A DNA stretch of 64,000 nt from Candidatus Latescibacterota bacterium (GTDB taxonomy: Bacteria > Latescibacterota > UBA2968 > UBA8231), in NCBI GenBank assembly GCA_965243025.1, contig CBDETY010000003.1, forward strand, positions 5,216,001 through 5,280,000, in the 5' to 3' direction. Shown piece after piece: positions 45,159 to 55,034 of the stretch. Made by a program: the position numbers and the translations under genes. The notes beneath the pieces are model-generated. The model made no database searches and was not told the origin of the DNA. It was given only the letters and a program-made list of their open reading frames with translations. Every line of letters begins with the position of its first letter. Position 1 is the stretch's first letter.

Positions 45159-46331
45159 TCAATAGAGGTGGATGTTCCCGGCATGTTGCCGCCGCAGCCT
45201 GGCGGCGAGCCGGTCGATGCCGCGGTCCCTCTCGGCGCGGCGAAGGGCGGCAATGAGAAGCTCCTCCTCCCGCTCCCGCTTCCAGGAGCGGATCTCCTCG
45301 ACTTCGAGGTGCCCCGCCGCTAACGCCGCCTCCCAGGCCAGGGTCTTGGGCACCGGGAGCTTCCAGGCGGCGAGGTAGATCCCGAGACTGTCTCCCAGGG
45401 CGGGCTGCTCCCCGGCCACGCGGAAGGAGCTGAGGTACTCGCCCACCGTGATTTCGCCCCCCTCGTAGACGAAAAGAGGGGTGCGGCCTTCGGCGGGAGA
45501 GAGCTGCGGCCAGGTCCCGGCCTTCGGGTCTCTCGCCACCAGGATGGCGAACCCGGCCGGCGCGGGACGCAGGCGGAACTCCTCCGCCAGCTCCCGGATC
45601 AGGGCGAGGTGCTCTTCGACGAACCGCTCCCGGCGCACGGATTCCAGCAACTGGCCGCGGTAGGTTTCGAAGTCGGCCTCTCTTTCGGCGGCGCAGTGGA
45701 TGAGCGCGAACCCCTCATCCCCGGGCAGCGGCTCGGAAACGGTTCCCGGCTTCAGTTCGGCGAAGACCTGGGGAGGGATGCCTGCCCTGGCGGCGCCGAC
45801 CCGGTTGAGGTAGCCCAGGTCTTCGCCGGCCGCCTCGGTCCCGTCCGGCAGGATGCGGCGCAGCTCCGCGGCGGCCTCGAGGGTTTCCGCCCGCGACCGG
45901 CGAAGCAGTTTCTCCCGTCCGTAGCCGCCCCGGTCGAAGAGCTGCCGCAGCTCCTCTTCGGTTACGGCGATGCGGGCGTTCACCCTGTCGGCCTGGTAGG
46001 AGTTGATCGTCTTCTCGCGCACCTCCCAGGCGAGCCGCCCGGTGAAGGCACGCTCCCTGTCGAGTCTCCTGGCGCGGGCTTCGAGGGCGAGCAGCTTGCG
46101 GTCCACGAGGGCCTGCAGAAGCTCCTGCCGGGAGACCCCGGGGCGGGCAGCCGACAGCTTGTCGATTTCCCTTTCGTATATCAGCTCTTCCCCGACCTGG
46201 GCGGCGACGCTGTAGGGATCGGGTTCCCCCCCGCAGGCGATCAGCAGGCAGCAGAGCCCGGTCAGGAAGCCAACACCGCAAGCCCGGCCGTGTGCGTCGT
46301 CCCATCCGGGCGAAACCGTTGCTTGACCCAT
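45159..46331 (-). CDS. SurA/PrsA-like lipoprotein, shorter paralog of 15460-17103
   Basis: LIAC lipobox; VAQVGEELI, LVDRKLLALEAR, PLFVYEGGEITVGEY, PALGDS shared with the paralog. Confidence 0.7.
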   Translation of the reverse strand: MGQATVSPGWDDAHGRACGVGFLTGLCCLLIACGGEPDPYSVAAQVGEELIYEREIDKLSAARPGVSRQELLQALVDRKLLALEARARRLDRERAFTGRLAWEVREKTINSYQADRVNARIAVTEEELRQLFDRGGYGREKLLRRSRAETLEAAAELRRILPDGTEAAGEDLGYLNRVGAARAGIPPQVFAELKPGTVSEPLPGDEGFALIHCAAEREADFETYRGQLLESVRRERFVEEHLALIRELAEEFRLRPAPAGFAILVARDPKAGTWPQLSPAEGRTPLFVYEGGEITVGEYLSSFRVAGEQPALGDSLGIYLAAWKLPVPKTLAWEAALAAGHLEVEEIRSWKREREEELLIAALRRAERDRGIDRLAARLRRQHAGNIHLY

Positions 46332-46385
46332 CGTCTACCTTGTTGAGGTTATGTCTCCTGGACTAAGGAAAGGAAAGGAGATTCC

Positions 46386-47357
46386 ATGAAGCTTGCCCTC
46401 ATTGCCTTGCTCTCCGGCGTCCTGACGCTGGCAGGCTGCTCCGACCGGGATCCGGTTTCCTCCAAAGGCCAGGCCGCGACGGCCCCCAAGCGGATATCGA
46501 GCAGCTTGACCCTCAGCGCCCCCGTCGCCGGACTGGCGGAGTCACGGGTCGGTGATCGTTCCGCGTTCACGCAGGAATACGTGGCCAGGGCGATCGCCAT
46601 GTACCGGGAGAAGGGGCGGGAGGCGACCTTCGAGCACTACAGCAGCCCGGAGAGCGCCGAGGGCCGCTGGTACGTCTTCATCCTCGAAGCGGAGAGCGGC
46701 CGGATCCTGGCGCATCCGGCCCCGGTCTACATCGGCGAGAACCTGATGGCCGGCTCCGAGGCCTACGGCGACGCCGGCTACTTCTACGCGGGGGACCTCG
46801 CCAGGGCCACCCCGGAGGGGATCTTCGTCCCCAACGTGCTCAGCGTGCCGACGATGGACGAGATCAACCCGTTCCACACTATCGAGGAGGTCAAGCACTA
46901 TTACGCCGTCCTCGAGGACGGCTTGATCTTCGTCAGCGGCTGGTACACGAACGCGCCGACGAAGGCGGACCCGGGGGAATACGCGCGGCTGCTCGTGGGG
47001 CGCGCTCTCACGCTATACGACGACCAGGGTCTCGAGGCCGCTCTCACCCACTACAACGATCCTGCGAGCGCCGACGGCCCGTGGTACGTCTTCATCCTCG
47101 AGGACCGGGAAGGCGACCTCTACTCGATCGCGAATCCCAACCGCCCCGAACTGGTGGGCACGACGTATGAGCGCATCGACCCCAACGGCTTCAACTACGG
47201 CGAGGCTTTTGCCGCCATCACCGAAGAGGGCGGGGGAGAATGGGTCAGCTACCTCTTCACCCACCCCGAGACGCGCGAGGACGCCTCCAAGCACAGTTGG
47301 GTCGTGCGGCGGGGCGACCTGCTTTTCGGAGTGGGCTGGTACGAGGGCATCGAGTAG
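46386..47357 (+). CDS. Lipoprotein with two Cache-like sensor domains
   Basis: LAGC lipobox; two repeats of (YV/LV).RA...Y...G.EA...HY...G.WYVFILE...GWY. Confidence 0.75.
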   Translation: MKLALIALLSGVLTLAGCSDRDPVSSKGQAATAPKRISSSLTLSAPVAGLAESRVGDRSAFTQEYVARAIAMYREKGREATFEHYSSPESAEGRWYVFILEAESGRILAHPAPVYIGENLMAGSEAYGDAGYFYAGDLARATPEGIFVPNVLSVPTMDEINPFHTIEEVKHYYAVLEDGLIFVSGWYTNAPTKADPGEYARLLVGRALTLYDDQGLEAALTHYNDPASADGPWYVFILEDREGDLYSIANPNRPELVGTTYERIDPNGFNYGEAFAAITEEGGGEWVSYLFTHPETREDASKHSWVVRRGDLLFGVGWYEGIE

Positions 47358-47474
47358 CAGGCCCTGCGGCAGGGGGAAGCCGTCGAAACGCCGGGGGGTA
47401 AACGCATCGAACCGAGTGGTTGCGGGCAGCCTGCCCCGGCCAGGGCATCAATGCGGTCAGACAAAGGAAACGGC

Positions 47475-49079
47475 ATGGAACAGCGGCCCGAGCAACGGTC
47501 GATCCCGGCGCACCGGTCCTTCCTCGGCGATGCCGGCCATTTCATCAGCAGCTTCCGCGCCATCTACCTCAACAACCCCGAGGGTCGCGCCTTCGCTTTC
47601 ACCGCCCACCGCTACATGTGGCCGACGCGCTGGGAGGGGGACGGCCGGGTTCTCGTTCACGGCCCCGACGGCAGGGAGGTCGGAAGCGCGGAGATCAAGG
47701 GAGAGGAGGAGAGCGCCACCATCGAGGTGGCGGCCGGTCAGCTGGGGGTCTACGCGGTCCGCGTCGAGGGCCTCGGGTATCGCCTCACCTGGTTCGAGTG
47801 CAGCCTCGGGCAGATGGTGCTCGACTGCGGCGACTGGGAGGAGCGGCGGGGGCGGCAGGAGACCTTCGACATGCACACCGTCACCGTGCCGCGGCGGTGG
47901 TACTTCTTCGTCCCGGAAGGGGTGAGCGGATTCGAGATCGCCAGCCAGCACGGGTCGGCGCACCGCCAGGACTCCGGCCTGGTGGTCTTCTCGCCCCGGG
48001 GGCAGCCGGTCGCCGGCCATTTCGGCAGCCGGCCCCGGGCGTTGGCGTCGTCGTTCGCCGACCGCTGCAACATGACGCCGGGCTGGGACCTGGTCGACGA
48101 GATGCCGGACCGGCACGTCATGCGCATCGAGACCGACCCCGGGAGCACGGGCCGCTTCTGGTCGATCTGGCTGTGCGGGGGGGACGGCCACTGCTACAGC
48201 CCGCTGCAGGTGCTGCTCGACGGGGTGCCGCCCTACCTGTCGCCGATGCCGGAGCAGTGGTTCAACCCGCAGACCGGCCGCGCCGCGCCGGTGGTAGGGT
48301 ACGACTTCCACATCGGCCCGTCGCAGCGCACCAGCGAGACCTTCTGCGCCCCCTGTCCCCTGCTCGGCGACACCGACACCGGCATGCGCGGAATGCATTC
48401 GGTGTACCTGCACAACCCGGAGAACCGGCCCTTCGATTTCATGGCGGCCGGGTACATCATTCCCGAGGGGGAGTACGTTCCGGTGCATTTCCGGGCGGCG
48501 GGGCCGGAGGGAGAGGATCTCGGGGAAGCGGATGGGTCGTTCACCCACCGCTCGCCGCCGGAACCGGCGTCGATCAGGGTGCCGGCGGCCGGAGCCGGCG
48601 TCTACGAGGTGGAGGTCGACTCGCCGCGCTGGTACGGCTGGAGCGAGCCCAGCATGCCGACGGTGCTGGCCGGCGCTCCCGTTGCCGGGGGCGGGGCCCG
48701 GTTCTCGCTGATGCTCGCCCTCGGGCGGCACTGGTTCTTCGGCGTCCCCGAGGGGACGGAGGAGTTCCTGGTGCGCGTCGAGCTCGCCGATCCCAACCAC
48801 GCCCTGCAGGTCGAGGTCAACGCCCCGGACCGGATCGTTCAGGTGCTGTACGCGCAGGGGGGCGCGCCGCGGGAGGTGCGGGTGCCTGTTCCGGAGGGCC
48901 TCGGAGGCAAGGTCTGGTTCCTCAGGCTGTCGGCCGGCAGCTCCACCCGGCTCCTCGACCAGGGCGCCGGCAACCGGCGCACGGTGCAGATCGATCCCGA
49001 CGTCGAGCTGCAGGGGGTGCCCGGGTACCTCGCCCCCACCTGGGAGCAGTGGTTCGACCCCGGCGCGACGGCCCGTTGA
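47475..49079 (+). CDS. Hypothetical protein with two homologous halves
   Basis: YLNNPEGR/YLHNPENR; RWYFFVPEG/RHWFFGVPEG; GVPPYLSPMPEQWFNP/GVPGYLAPTWEQWFDP. Confidence 0.7.
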   Translation: MEQRPEQRSIPAHRSFLGDAGHFISSFRAIYLNNPEGRAFAFTAHRYMWPTRWEGDGRVLVHGPDGREVGSAEIKGEEESATIEVAAGQLGVYAVRVEGLGYRLTWFECSLGQMVLDCGDWEERRGRQETFDMHTVTVPRRWYFFVPEGVSGFEIASQHGSAHRQDSGLVVFSPRGQPVAGHFGSRPRALASSFADRCNMTPGWDLVDEMPDRHVMRIETDPGSTGRFWSIWLCGGDGHCYSPLQVLLDGVPPYLSPMPEQWFNPQTGRAAPVVGYDFHIGPSQRTSETFCAPCPLLGDTDTGMRGMHSVYLHNPENRPFDFMAAGYIIPEGEYVPVHFRAAGPEGEDLGEADGSFTHRSPPEPASIRVPAAGAGVYEVEVDSPRWYGWSEPSMPTVLAGAPVAGGGARFSLMLALGRHWFFGVPEGTEEFLVRVELADPNHALQVEVNAPDRIVQVLYAQGGAPREVRVPVPEGLGGKVWFLRLSAGSSTRLLDQGAGNRRTVQIDPDVELQGVPGYLAPTWEQWFDPGATAR

Positions 49080-49278
49080 ACGGGATGCGCTCGAGGCAAG
49101 GCGAGCCCCGCCGGGTTCGGCTTGCTGGCAGCATCATGCTGGCGCCGGAAAGCTCCCGGCGCTCCGGGAGCCAAGGGCCAAGGTAGCCTGCGTCCCGGGT
49201 AATGCCCCGCCACCAGCCGAACCGCCGGCCGGAAGACCGGCGACGAACCACCCCCGGATGCCTCTGGCGCCCGATGTA

Positions 49279-50214
49279 CTACGGCACCAGTTCGTGCAGG
49301 TCCTCTATCCAGCGGTACCCCGGGGCGTCGGTGAGCTTGTAGGCCCCGCCCATCACGAAGATGCGCCCGTCGACCAGGGCCGACGCCATCCATGCCTTCC
49401 TGTCCGGCATGGGGGTTTCCCGGGACCAGGAGTCGGCGTCGACGTCGTAGATCTGGACCTTGTCGTGATACGGCCCGTCGTCTCCGCCCCAGCCCCCGAA
49501 GGTGTAGATCCGGCGGCCGACGGCGAGCACTCCCGGGTCGCAGCGGCCCGTCGGAATCGGGGCGAGCTCCTCCCAGCGTCCGCCGTCGGGATCGAGGGAG
49601 AACGTGCGCCTGTTCACCCCTCCTTCCGGCCCGCCGATGCCGGCGGAGACGAAGATGCGGTCGCCGACGGTGGCGACCGCCGGACCCTGCAGCCCCAGCG
49701 GCAGGGGAACTCCCGGCGACCAGCGGCCGGTGCCCGGGTCGAACACCTCGACCCGGTCGAGATGGCCGCCGCCGCTGCTGCTCTCGTTGTTCATCGAGTT
49801 GCCGCCGACGGCGTAGATCCTGCCCTTGCAGACGGTGGCGACCAGTCCCGCCCGCGGCTCGCTCAGGGATTCGACCGCGGACCATACGCCGGTGGCCAGG
49901 TCGAGGCGCTCGACGCTGTCGCGGATCTCGAAGTGGCGGTCGTCCCCGGTTCGCCGCTTCTCCTCGGCGGGGCGCACCCGCTTGCCGCCGATGGCGTAGA
50001 TGGCGCCGTTGACCAGCCCGGCGCCGAACCACCCCCGTTCCGTCGGAATCGGCGGGCCGCTTTCCCAGCTGTCGCTTTGCGGATCGTAGATCTCGACGGC
50101 GTGCACGGTCTCGTCCCCGGCGCCGGAGACCGCGTAGATCTTCGAGCCGACGGTGACCGCCTGCAGGTCGTGCCGCGGCGTCGGCATCGACTGCCGCTGT
50201 ATCCATTTCCCCAT
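49279..50214 (-). CDS. Kelch-repeat beta-propeller protein
   Basis: About six repeats of IYA.GG...VE.YDP...W...P.PT.R; ATG 50214 after GGAGGA. Confidence 0.9.
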   Translation of the reverse strand: MGKWIQRQSMPTPRHDLQAVTVGSKIYAVSGAGDETVHAVEIYDPQSDSWESGPPIPTERGWFGAGLVNGAIYAIGGKRVRPAEEKRRTGDDRHFEIRDSVERLDLATGVWSAVESLSEPRAGLVATVCKGRIYAVGGNSMNNESSSGGGHLDRVEVFDPGTGRWSPGVPLPLGLQGPAVATVGDRIFVSAGIGGPEGGVNRRTFSLDPDGGRWEELAPIPTGRCDPGVLAVGRRIYTFGGWGGDDGPYHDKVQIYDVDADSWSRETPMPDRKAWMASALVDGRIFVMGGAYKLTDAPGYRWIEDLHELVP

Positions 50215-50329
50215 TCTGTCTATCCTCCTCGCCAGTTGGCTGGTTGCGGCCCCGTCACCGGGGCCTCGATGGCTTTCGGGACAAGCTGCCCCGGAGTACC
50301 GCCGGCAGTGAATCAGGGGAGAGAATCGA

Positions 50330-52006
50330 ATGCCGACAATGACCGGCGCCCAGGTCATGGCCGACATGCTGAAAGGGTACGGCCTCAGCCACCTGTTCAT
50401 GGTGCCCGCGGTGCTGCGGCGGACCATGGTCGAGCTGGAGCGCCGCACCGGCATCAGGCGGCTGCACGTCCATTCGGAGAAATCGGCCGCCTACATGGCC
50501 GACGGCTACGCCCGCGCCACCGGGAGTCCCGGGGTCTGCATGGCCCAGGTGATCGGCGCCCTCAACCTCGCCGCCGGCCTGCGGGACGCCCATCTCGCCC
50601 ACTCTCCGGTCATCGCCATGACCGGCGGCCGCGATCCGCACACCAAGTTTCGCGGCGTCTACCAGGAGGTCGACGACCTCCCCGCTTTCGAGCCGGTGAC
50701 GAAACTCAACGCCACCGTCGACGCGGTGGAGCGCTTTCCCGACATGATCCGCCAGGCGTTCCGCGCCGCCACCTCGGGCACGCCCGGTCCCGTGCACCTG
50801 CAGTTCCGGGGAAACGAGGGCCAGATCGACGCCGAGCAGGCCGACATGGAGGCGCTGTGCGAACCGCGTTTCTCCCGGGTGCCGCCGTTTCGCCCCGAGC
50901 CGGGGGAGAAAGAAACCAGGGCTGCGCTGGCCCTGCTGGAAGCGGCGCAGCGGCCGGTCATCGTCGCCGGCGGCGGAGTGCGCGCATCGGGAGCGGCAGC
51001 CGAGCTGGCCGCCCTGGCGGAACGGTTGAACATCCCGGTCGCCACCTCCCTGAACGGCAAGGACGTCATCCCCGGTTTCCACCCCCTGTCGGTAGGGGTG
51101 GCGGGCACCTACTCGCGGGAGAGCGCCAACCGGGTGGTCAGCGAGGCGGACCTGGTCTGCTTCGTCGGCACCAGCGCGGGCGGCATGACCACCCACTTCT
51201 GGCAGGTTCCGCCCCCCGGAACGCCGGCGATCCAGATCGACATCGAGGCGGAGATCATCGGTCGCAACTACCCCCTGCAGGCCGCGGTTCAGGCGGACGC
51301 AAAGGCGGCCCTGACGCGGATCCTGGCGCTGGCGGACCCCCGCTCGGCGGCGCAGCGGACCGCCTGGGTCGGGCGCGCCGGGGCAATCGTCGGCGAGTGG
51401 CGCGACAAGTACGGCTATCTGCTGGAATCCGACGCCGTCCCGATGCGTCCCGAGCGGATATGCGGGGAGCTGACCGGCCACCTGCCGGAGGATGCCATCG
51501 TCGTCGCCGACACCGGGCACGGCGGCATGTGGATGGGCGGCATGTTCGACCTGCGCACCCCGGGCCAGAGCTACCTGCGCAGCGCCGGGCACCTGGGATG
51601 GGCCTTCCCGGCGGCCCTCGGGGCAAAGTGCGGCGCTCCCGAACGTCCGGTGTTCTGCTTCACCGGCGACGCCGGTTTCTGGTACCACATCGCCGAGGTC
51701 GAGACCGCGGCGCGCTGGGGCATCGACGCCGTCATCCTGGTGAACAACAACAGCTCGGGAAACCAGTCGAAGCGGGGGTTCGACCGGGTCTACGACGGGG
51801 AGCAGACCGAGGAGGGGCTGCGCCTGTGGCAGTTCACGGACGTCGACTTCGCCCGCATTGCAGAGAACATGGGGGCCGTCGGGATCCGGGTGGAGAAACC
51901 GGCAGAGCTGCCGGGTGCTCTCGAGCGCGCCTTTGCCGCCGGGCGGCCGGTCGTCATCGACGCCGTTTCCGACATCGATGCGATGGCCCCTCTGGCGGTG
52001 GTCTAG
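50330..52006 (+). CDS. Thiamine diphosphate-binding enzyme
   Basis: HSEKSAAYMADGYAR, PGPVHL, GDAGF...NN. Confidence 0.9.
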   Translation: MPTMTGAQVMADMLKGYGLSHLFMVPAVLRRTMVELERRTGIRRLHVHSEKSAAYMADGYARATGSPGVCMAQVIGALNLAAGLRDAHLAHSPVIAMTGGRDPHTKFRGVYQEVDDLPAFEPVTKLNATVDAVERFPDMIRQAFRAATSGTPGPVHLQFRGNEGQIDAEQADMEALCEPRFSRVPPFRPEPGEKETRAALALLEAAQRPVIVAGGGVRASGAAAELAALAERLNIPVATSLNGKDVIPGFHPLSVGVAGTYSRESANRVVSEADLVCFVGTSAGGMTTHFWQVPPPGTPAIQIDIEAEIIGRNYPLQAAVQADAKAALTRILALADPRSAAQRTAWVGRAGAIVGEWRDKYGYLLESDAVPMRPERICGELTGHLPEDAIVVADTGHGGMWMGGMFDLRTPGQSYLRSAGHLGWAFPAALGAKCGAPERPVFCFTGDAGFWYHIAEVETAARWGIDAVILVNNNSSGNQSKRGFDRVYDGEQTEEGLRLWQFTDVDFARIAENMGAVGIRVEKPAELPGALERAFAAGRPVVIDAVSDIDAMAPLAVV

Positions 52007-52030
52007 AGGCTGCGCGCGCCCCCGGGCGGC

Positions 52031-53677
52031 CTACCCGAAGCTGGCGAAGCCGTCCGGGGTCGGCGCCTCGACGACGGTCGCCACCCCGGCGTTCAGGGCG
52101 GTTTCGAGCGCCGGCCCCAGCTCCTCCAGCGATTCCGCCCGCAGGCCGCGGGCCCCGTATGCTTCGGCCAGCCTGGTGAAGTCCGGGTTGCGCAGGTCGC
52201 TGGCGATGCAGCGCCCGCCACGGTCATGCTGGTACTGGCGCAGCAGCCCCCAGGCGTTGTCGTTGAACAGCAGGATCACCGGATCGAGGCCGTACTGAAC
52301 GCAGGTTCCCAGCTCCTGGATGTTGAACTGGAAGCCGCCGTCCCCGGTGATGCAGACGACCTGGCGGTCCCGGGCCCCCGCCTTGGCGCCGGCAGCGGCG
52401 GGCAGCCCGAACCCGAGACCTCCCCAGGCAGGCGTCATGTAGGTCCGCTGCCCGTAGACGTCGAGACAGTAGTTGGCGCCGCGGTGGTTGCAGATGCCGA
52501 CGTCGCCGGTGAAGATCGCGTCCCTGGCGGCCGCCGCGCGGACGGTCTCCATGATGCCGGTCTCGCACGGCATGGTCCGCCGCTTGAATTCCCTGATTGC
52601 TTCCCTGACCCGCTCGACCTCGGCGGAGAAACCGGGGTCCGGCCGCGGTGAATTGGCGGCGACCGCGTCGTCGACCTGCCGGAGCACCGTTCCCGCGTCG
52701 CCGACCAGCTTCACCGAGGTGTCGTACCACTTCCCCATCGGCTCCGGATCGACGTCGAGGTGGATCAGGCGGGCGGGCTGCTCGAGCCCCTGCGACTTGA
52801 CCCGGAACCAGGAGAGGCTGGAGCCGACGACGAGAAGGGTATCGAGGGAGTTGGCGAAGGTCAGCCGCGGATCTTCGCCGCCTCCGGGCGGGAAGTCGTA
52901 CTCGCCGCCGAACATGCCGAGGCTCAGGGGGTGGTCCTCCGGGATCGACCCCTTGCCGTTGGCGGTGGTGAACACCGGGAGCCCGAGCCTCTCCGCCAGG
53001 CGCCGCAGCTCGCCGGCGGCGCCGGAGCGGTGCACGCCGGTGCCCGCCAGCACCCCGGCGCGTCCGCCGGCCCGCAGCAGGGTCGCGGCCTCCTCGACCA
53101 GGGCCGGATCCGCCGCGGGAGCCGGCGCCTCCACCGCCTCGGGGATTTCCACCTCGGCCTCCTGTCCCTGAACGTCGACCGGGATCTCGATGGCGACCGG
53201 CCGCGGCCGCGCGTTTGCGAACAGCTCGAAGGCCTCGTCGATCCGCGCCGGCACCTCCCCGGGGCGGCTTACGTGGATGGCCGCCCGGGTGACCGACGAG
53301 AGCATGCCGAGCTGGTCCCTGGTCTCGTGGATCGTGCCCAGGCCCCGCTCGTACAGCTTTTCCTCGGCGGTGCTGGTGATGCTCAGGACAGGGGAGGAGG
53401 CGAAGTACGCCTCCCCCAGGCCGCCCATGGAGTTGGCGGCTCCCGGACCGGTGCTGGTCAGGCAGACCCCCGGCCTTCCGGTCGCGCGGGCGTAGCCGTC
53501 GGCCATCATCGCCGCGGCGTGCTCGTGGCGGGCGCTTATGAAGCGGATCTCCCGCCGGTGGTCGTAGAGGGCGTCGAAGATCTCCATGGTGTGGCTGGAG
53601 ATGATCCCGAAGACGGTGTCGACCCCGTGGGCCCGCAGCGACTCGATCAGCGCCCGCGCCGCCGACAGCCTAGCCAT
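52031..53677 (-). CDS. Thiamine diphosphate-binding enzyme
   Basis: ARHEHAAAMMADGYAR, GPGAANS, GDGGFQF...NDN, NPDF. Confidence 0.9.
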   Translation of the reverse strand: MARLSAARALIESLRAHGVDTVFGIISSHTMEIFDALYDHRREIRFISARHEHAAAMMADGYARATGRPGVCLTSTGPGAANSMGGLGEAYFASSPVLSITSTAEEKLYERGLGTIHETRDQLGMLSSVTRAAIHVSRPGEVPARIDEAFELFANARPRPVAIEIPVDVQGQEAEVEIPEAVEAPAPAADPALVEEAATLLRAGGRAGVLAGTGVHRSGAAGELRRLAERLGLPVFTTANGKGSIPEDHPLSLGMFGGEYDFPPGGGEDPRLTFANSLDTLLVVGSSLSWFRVKSQGLEQPARLIHLDVDPEPMGKWYDTSVKLVGDAGTVLRQVDDAVAANSPRPDPGFSAEVERVREAIREFKRRTMPCETGIMETVRAAAARDAIFTGDVGICNHRGANYCLDVYGQRTYMTPAWGGLGFGLPAAAGAKAGARDRQVVCITGDGGFQFNIQELGTCVQYGLDPVILLFNDNAWGLLRQYQHDRGGRCIASDLRNPDFTRLAEAYGARGLRAESLEELGPALETALNAGVATVVEAPTPDGFASFG

Positions 53678-54875
53678 TCCCCGGTCCCCTGGTTCGCGCC
53701 GTCTCCAGCACGTCGCGCAGCCGCTTGCCGACGATCAGCTCTTCTCCCGGCTTGAGGCTGAGGGCGTACACGGTCAGCGGGCTGCCCGGGCGCCCCCTGG
53801 CGCCCCCGGGAGGGAAGAACTCGCGGACCCGCGTCACGTACGGGTTGTAGTTCGACAGCACCGAGATGGGCGGGTCCCCCTCGCGCAGCTGGCGCCCGCA
53901 CTCGTCGGCGGTCAGCCCGAACGCCTCCTCGTCCCAGCGCACGACTATCTGCATGAAGCGGTTGCTGCCGCGGCGGACCTCGATCTCGGTCTCGACTCCG
54001 GGAACCGCCTTCACCATCTCCTCGATGCGCTTCAGGGTTTCGGTCTGTTCCCGGTAGAGGGCCTCGAGGTCGACGGTCAGCCACTTCTCCAAGGCCGCCA
54101 TGCAGCCGACGATCTGGTCCTTGCTGACCTTCATGGCGCGGCAGACCGCTCCCTCGACCGGACTGGCGTTGGCCAGGGCCGCCTCGATCAGGTCCCGGCG
54201 GCCCAGCAGCAGGCCGCTGTCCTGGGGGCCGCGCAGCCCCTTGCCGCCGCTGAAGCCGTAGAGGTCCACTCCCATGGGAGGATAGCGGCGGATGTTCCCG
54301 ATCGGCGGGATGCCCCCGGCGGCGTCGACGAACACCGGCACCCCGGCCGGCCTGCAGAGCGCAACCATCTCAACGAGCGGCGGGGGGTCCACCGGGTCCG
54401 GATCGGCGGGGTAGCCGGTGCAGAGCATGGCGGTGCGGTCGCTGAGAGCCCTGCCCAACTCGTCGAGGTTCCTGACGACTACGGGAACCCCTCCGGTGAG
54501 CCTGAGGGCGCTGTCGAACACGGAGCGTCCGCCCCACAGGATGATTTCGCTCCGCAGCCCGGTGGTGTCCGGGAGCTGCCAGATCTTCTCCGGGTCGGTC
54601 CCGGCGATGCATGCGGCAGCGGCCAGCGCCATCGAGCCGGAGGCGCCGGTGGAGATCATTCCGGACTCGGCTCCGGAGATCTCGGCGAGGCGCACCCCGG
54701 CGGCCCGCTGCAGCTCGCCGACGTCGATGGAATACTGCGCCGCCTCCTCCATGGCGCGCCGGACCTCGGGCCAGACCGTCGTCCCGCCGAGGAAGGTGAA
54801 GGGGATGTTGGCGTTGATGACCGGCCTCGCCCCGAGGCGGGTATAGACGTTGTCTTCGAAAGTATGATCGGGCAT
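53670..54875 (-). CDS. SelA/DgaE-like PLP-dependent enzyme
   Basis: Y.RLGARPVINA, VDAA, FSGGKGLRGPQ, RAMKVSK; ATG 54875. Confidence 0.85.
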   Translation of the reverse strand: MPDHTFEDNVYTRLGARPVINANIPFTFLGGTTVWPEVRRAMEEAAQYSIDVGELQRAAGVRLAEISGAESGMISTGASGSMALAAAACIAGTDPEKIWQLPDTTGLRSEIILWGGRSVFDSALRLTGGVPVVVRNLDELGRALSDRTAMLCTGYPADPDPVDPPPLVEMVALCRPAGVPVFVDAAGGIPPIGNIRRYPPMGVDLYGFSGGKGLRGPQDSGLLLGRRDLIEAALANASPVEGAVCRAMKVSKDQIVGCMAALEKWLTVDLEALYREQTETLKRIEEMVKAVPGVETEIEVRRGSNRFMQIVVRWDEEAFGLTADECGRQLREGDPPISVLSNYNPYVTRVREFFPPGGARGRPGSPLTVYALSLKPGEELIVGKRLRDVLETARTRGPGNG

Positions 54876-55034
54876 TCGCTCTTTCCTCGAGGGTGTTCGG
54901 GCCTGGCGCAACGGTCTCCACCGGGCGATGGCAGCAGGCAGGCGGCTCTCTCTTGCTGCCATATACTAACCAATGCAAGATTCGATACCCGGCGCGACCG
55001 ACGGCCTCGTCCGCCCGCCATCAGGAGACATCTC

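Noticed and set aside
49258-52179. Very long alternative-frame ORFs (e.g. 49258-52179, 32692-35835, 60928-63420, 19453-22005)
   Set aside because: Arg/Pro/Gly-rich or antisense shadows of well-supported genes, as expected in high-GC DNA.
53586-55034. Long N-terminal extension of the AAA ATPase in the ORF track
   Set aside because: It is antisense to the SelA-like gene; the real start is at 55035 with an RBS.
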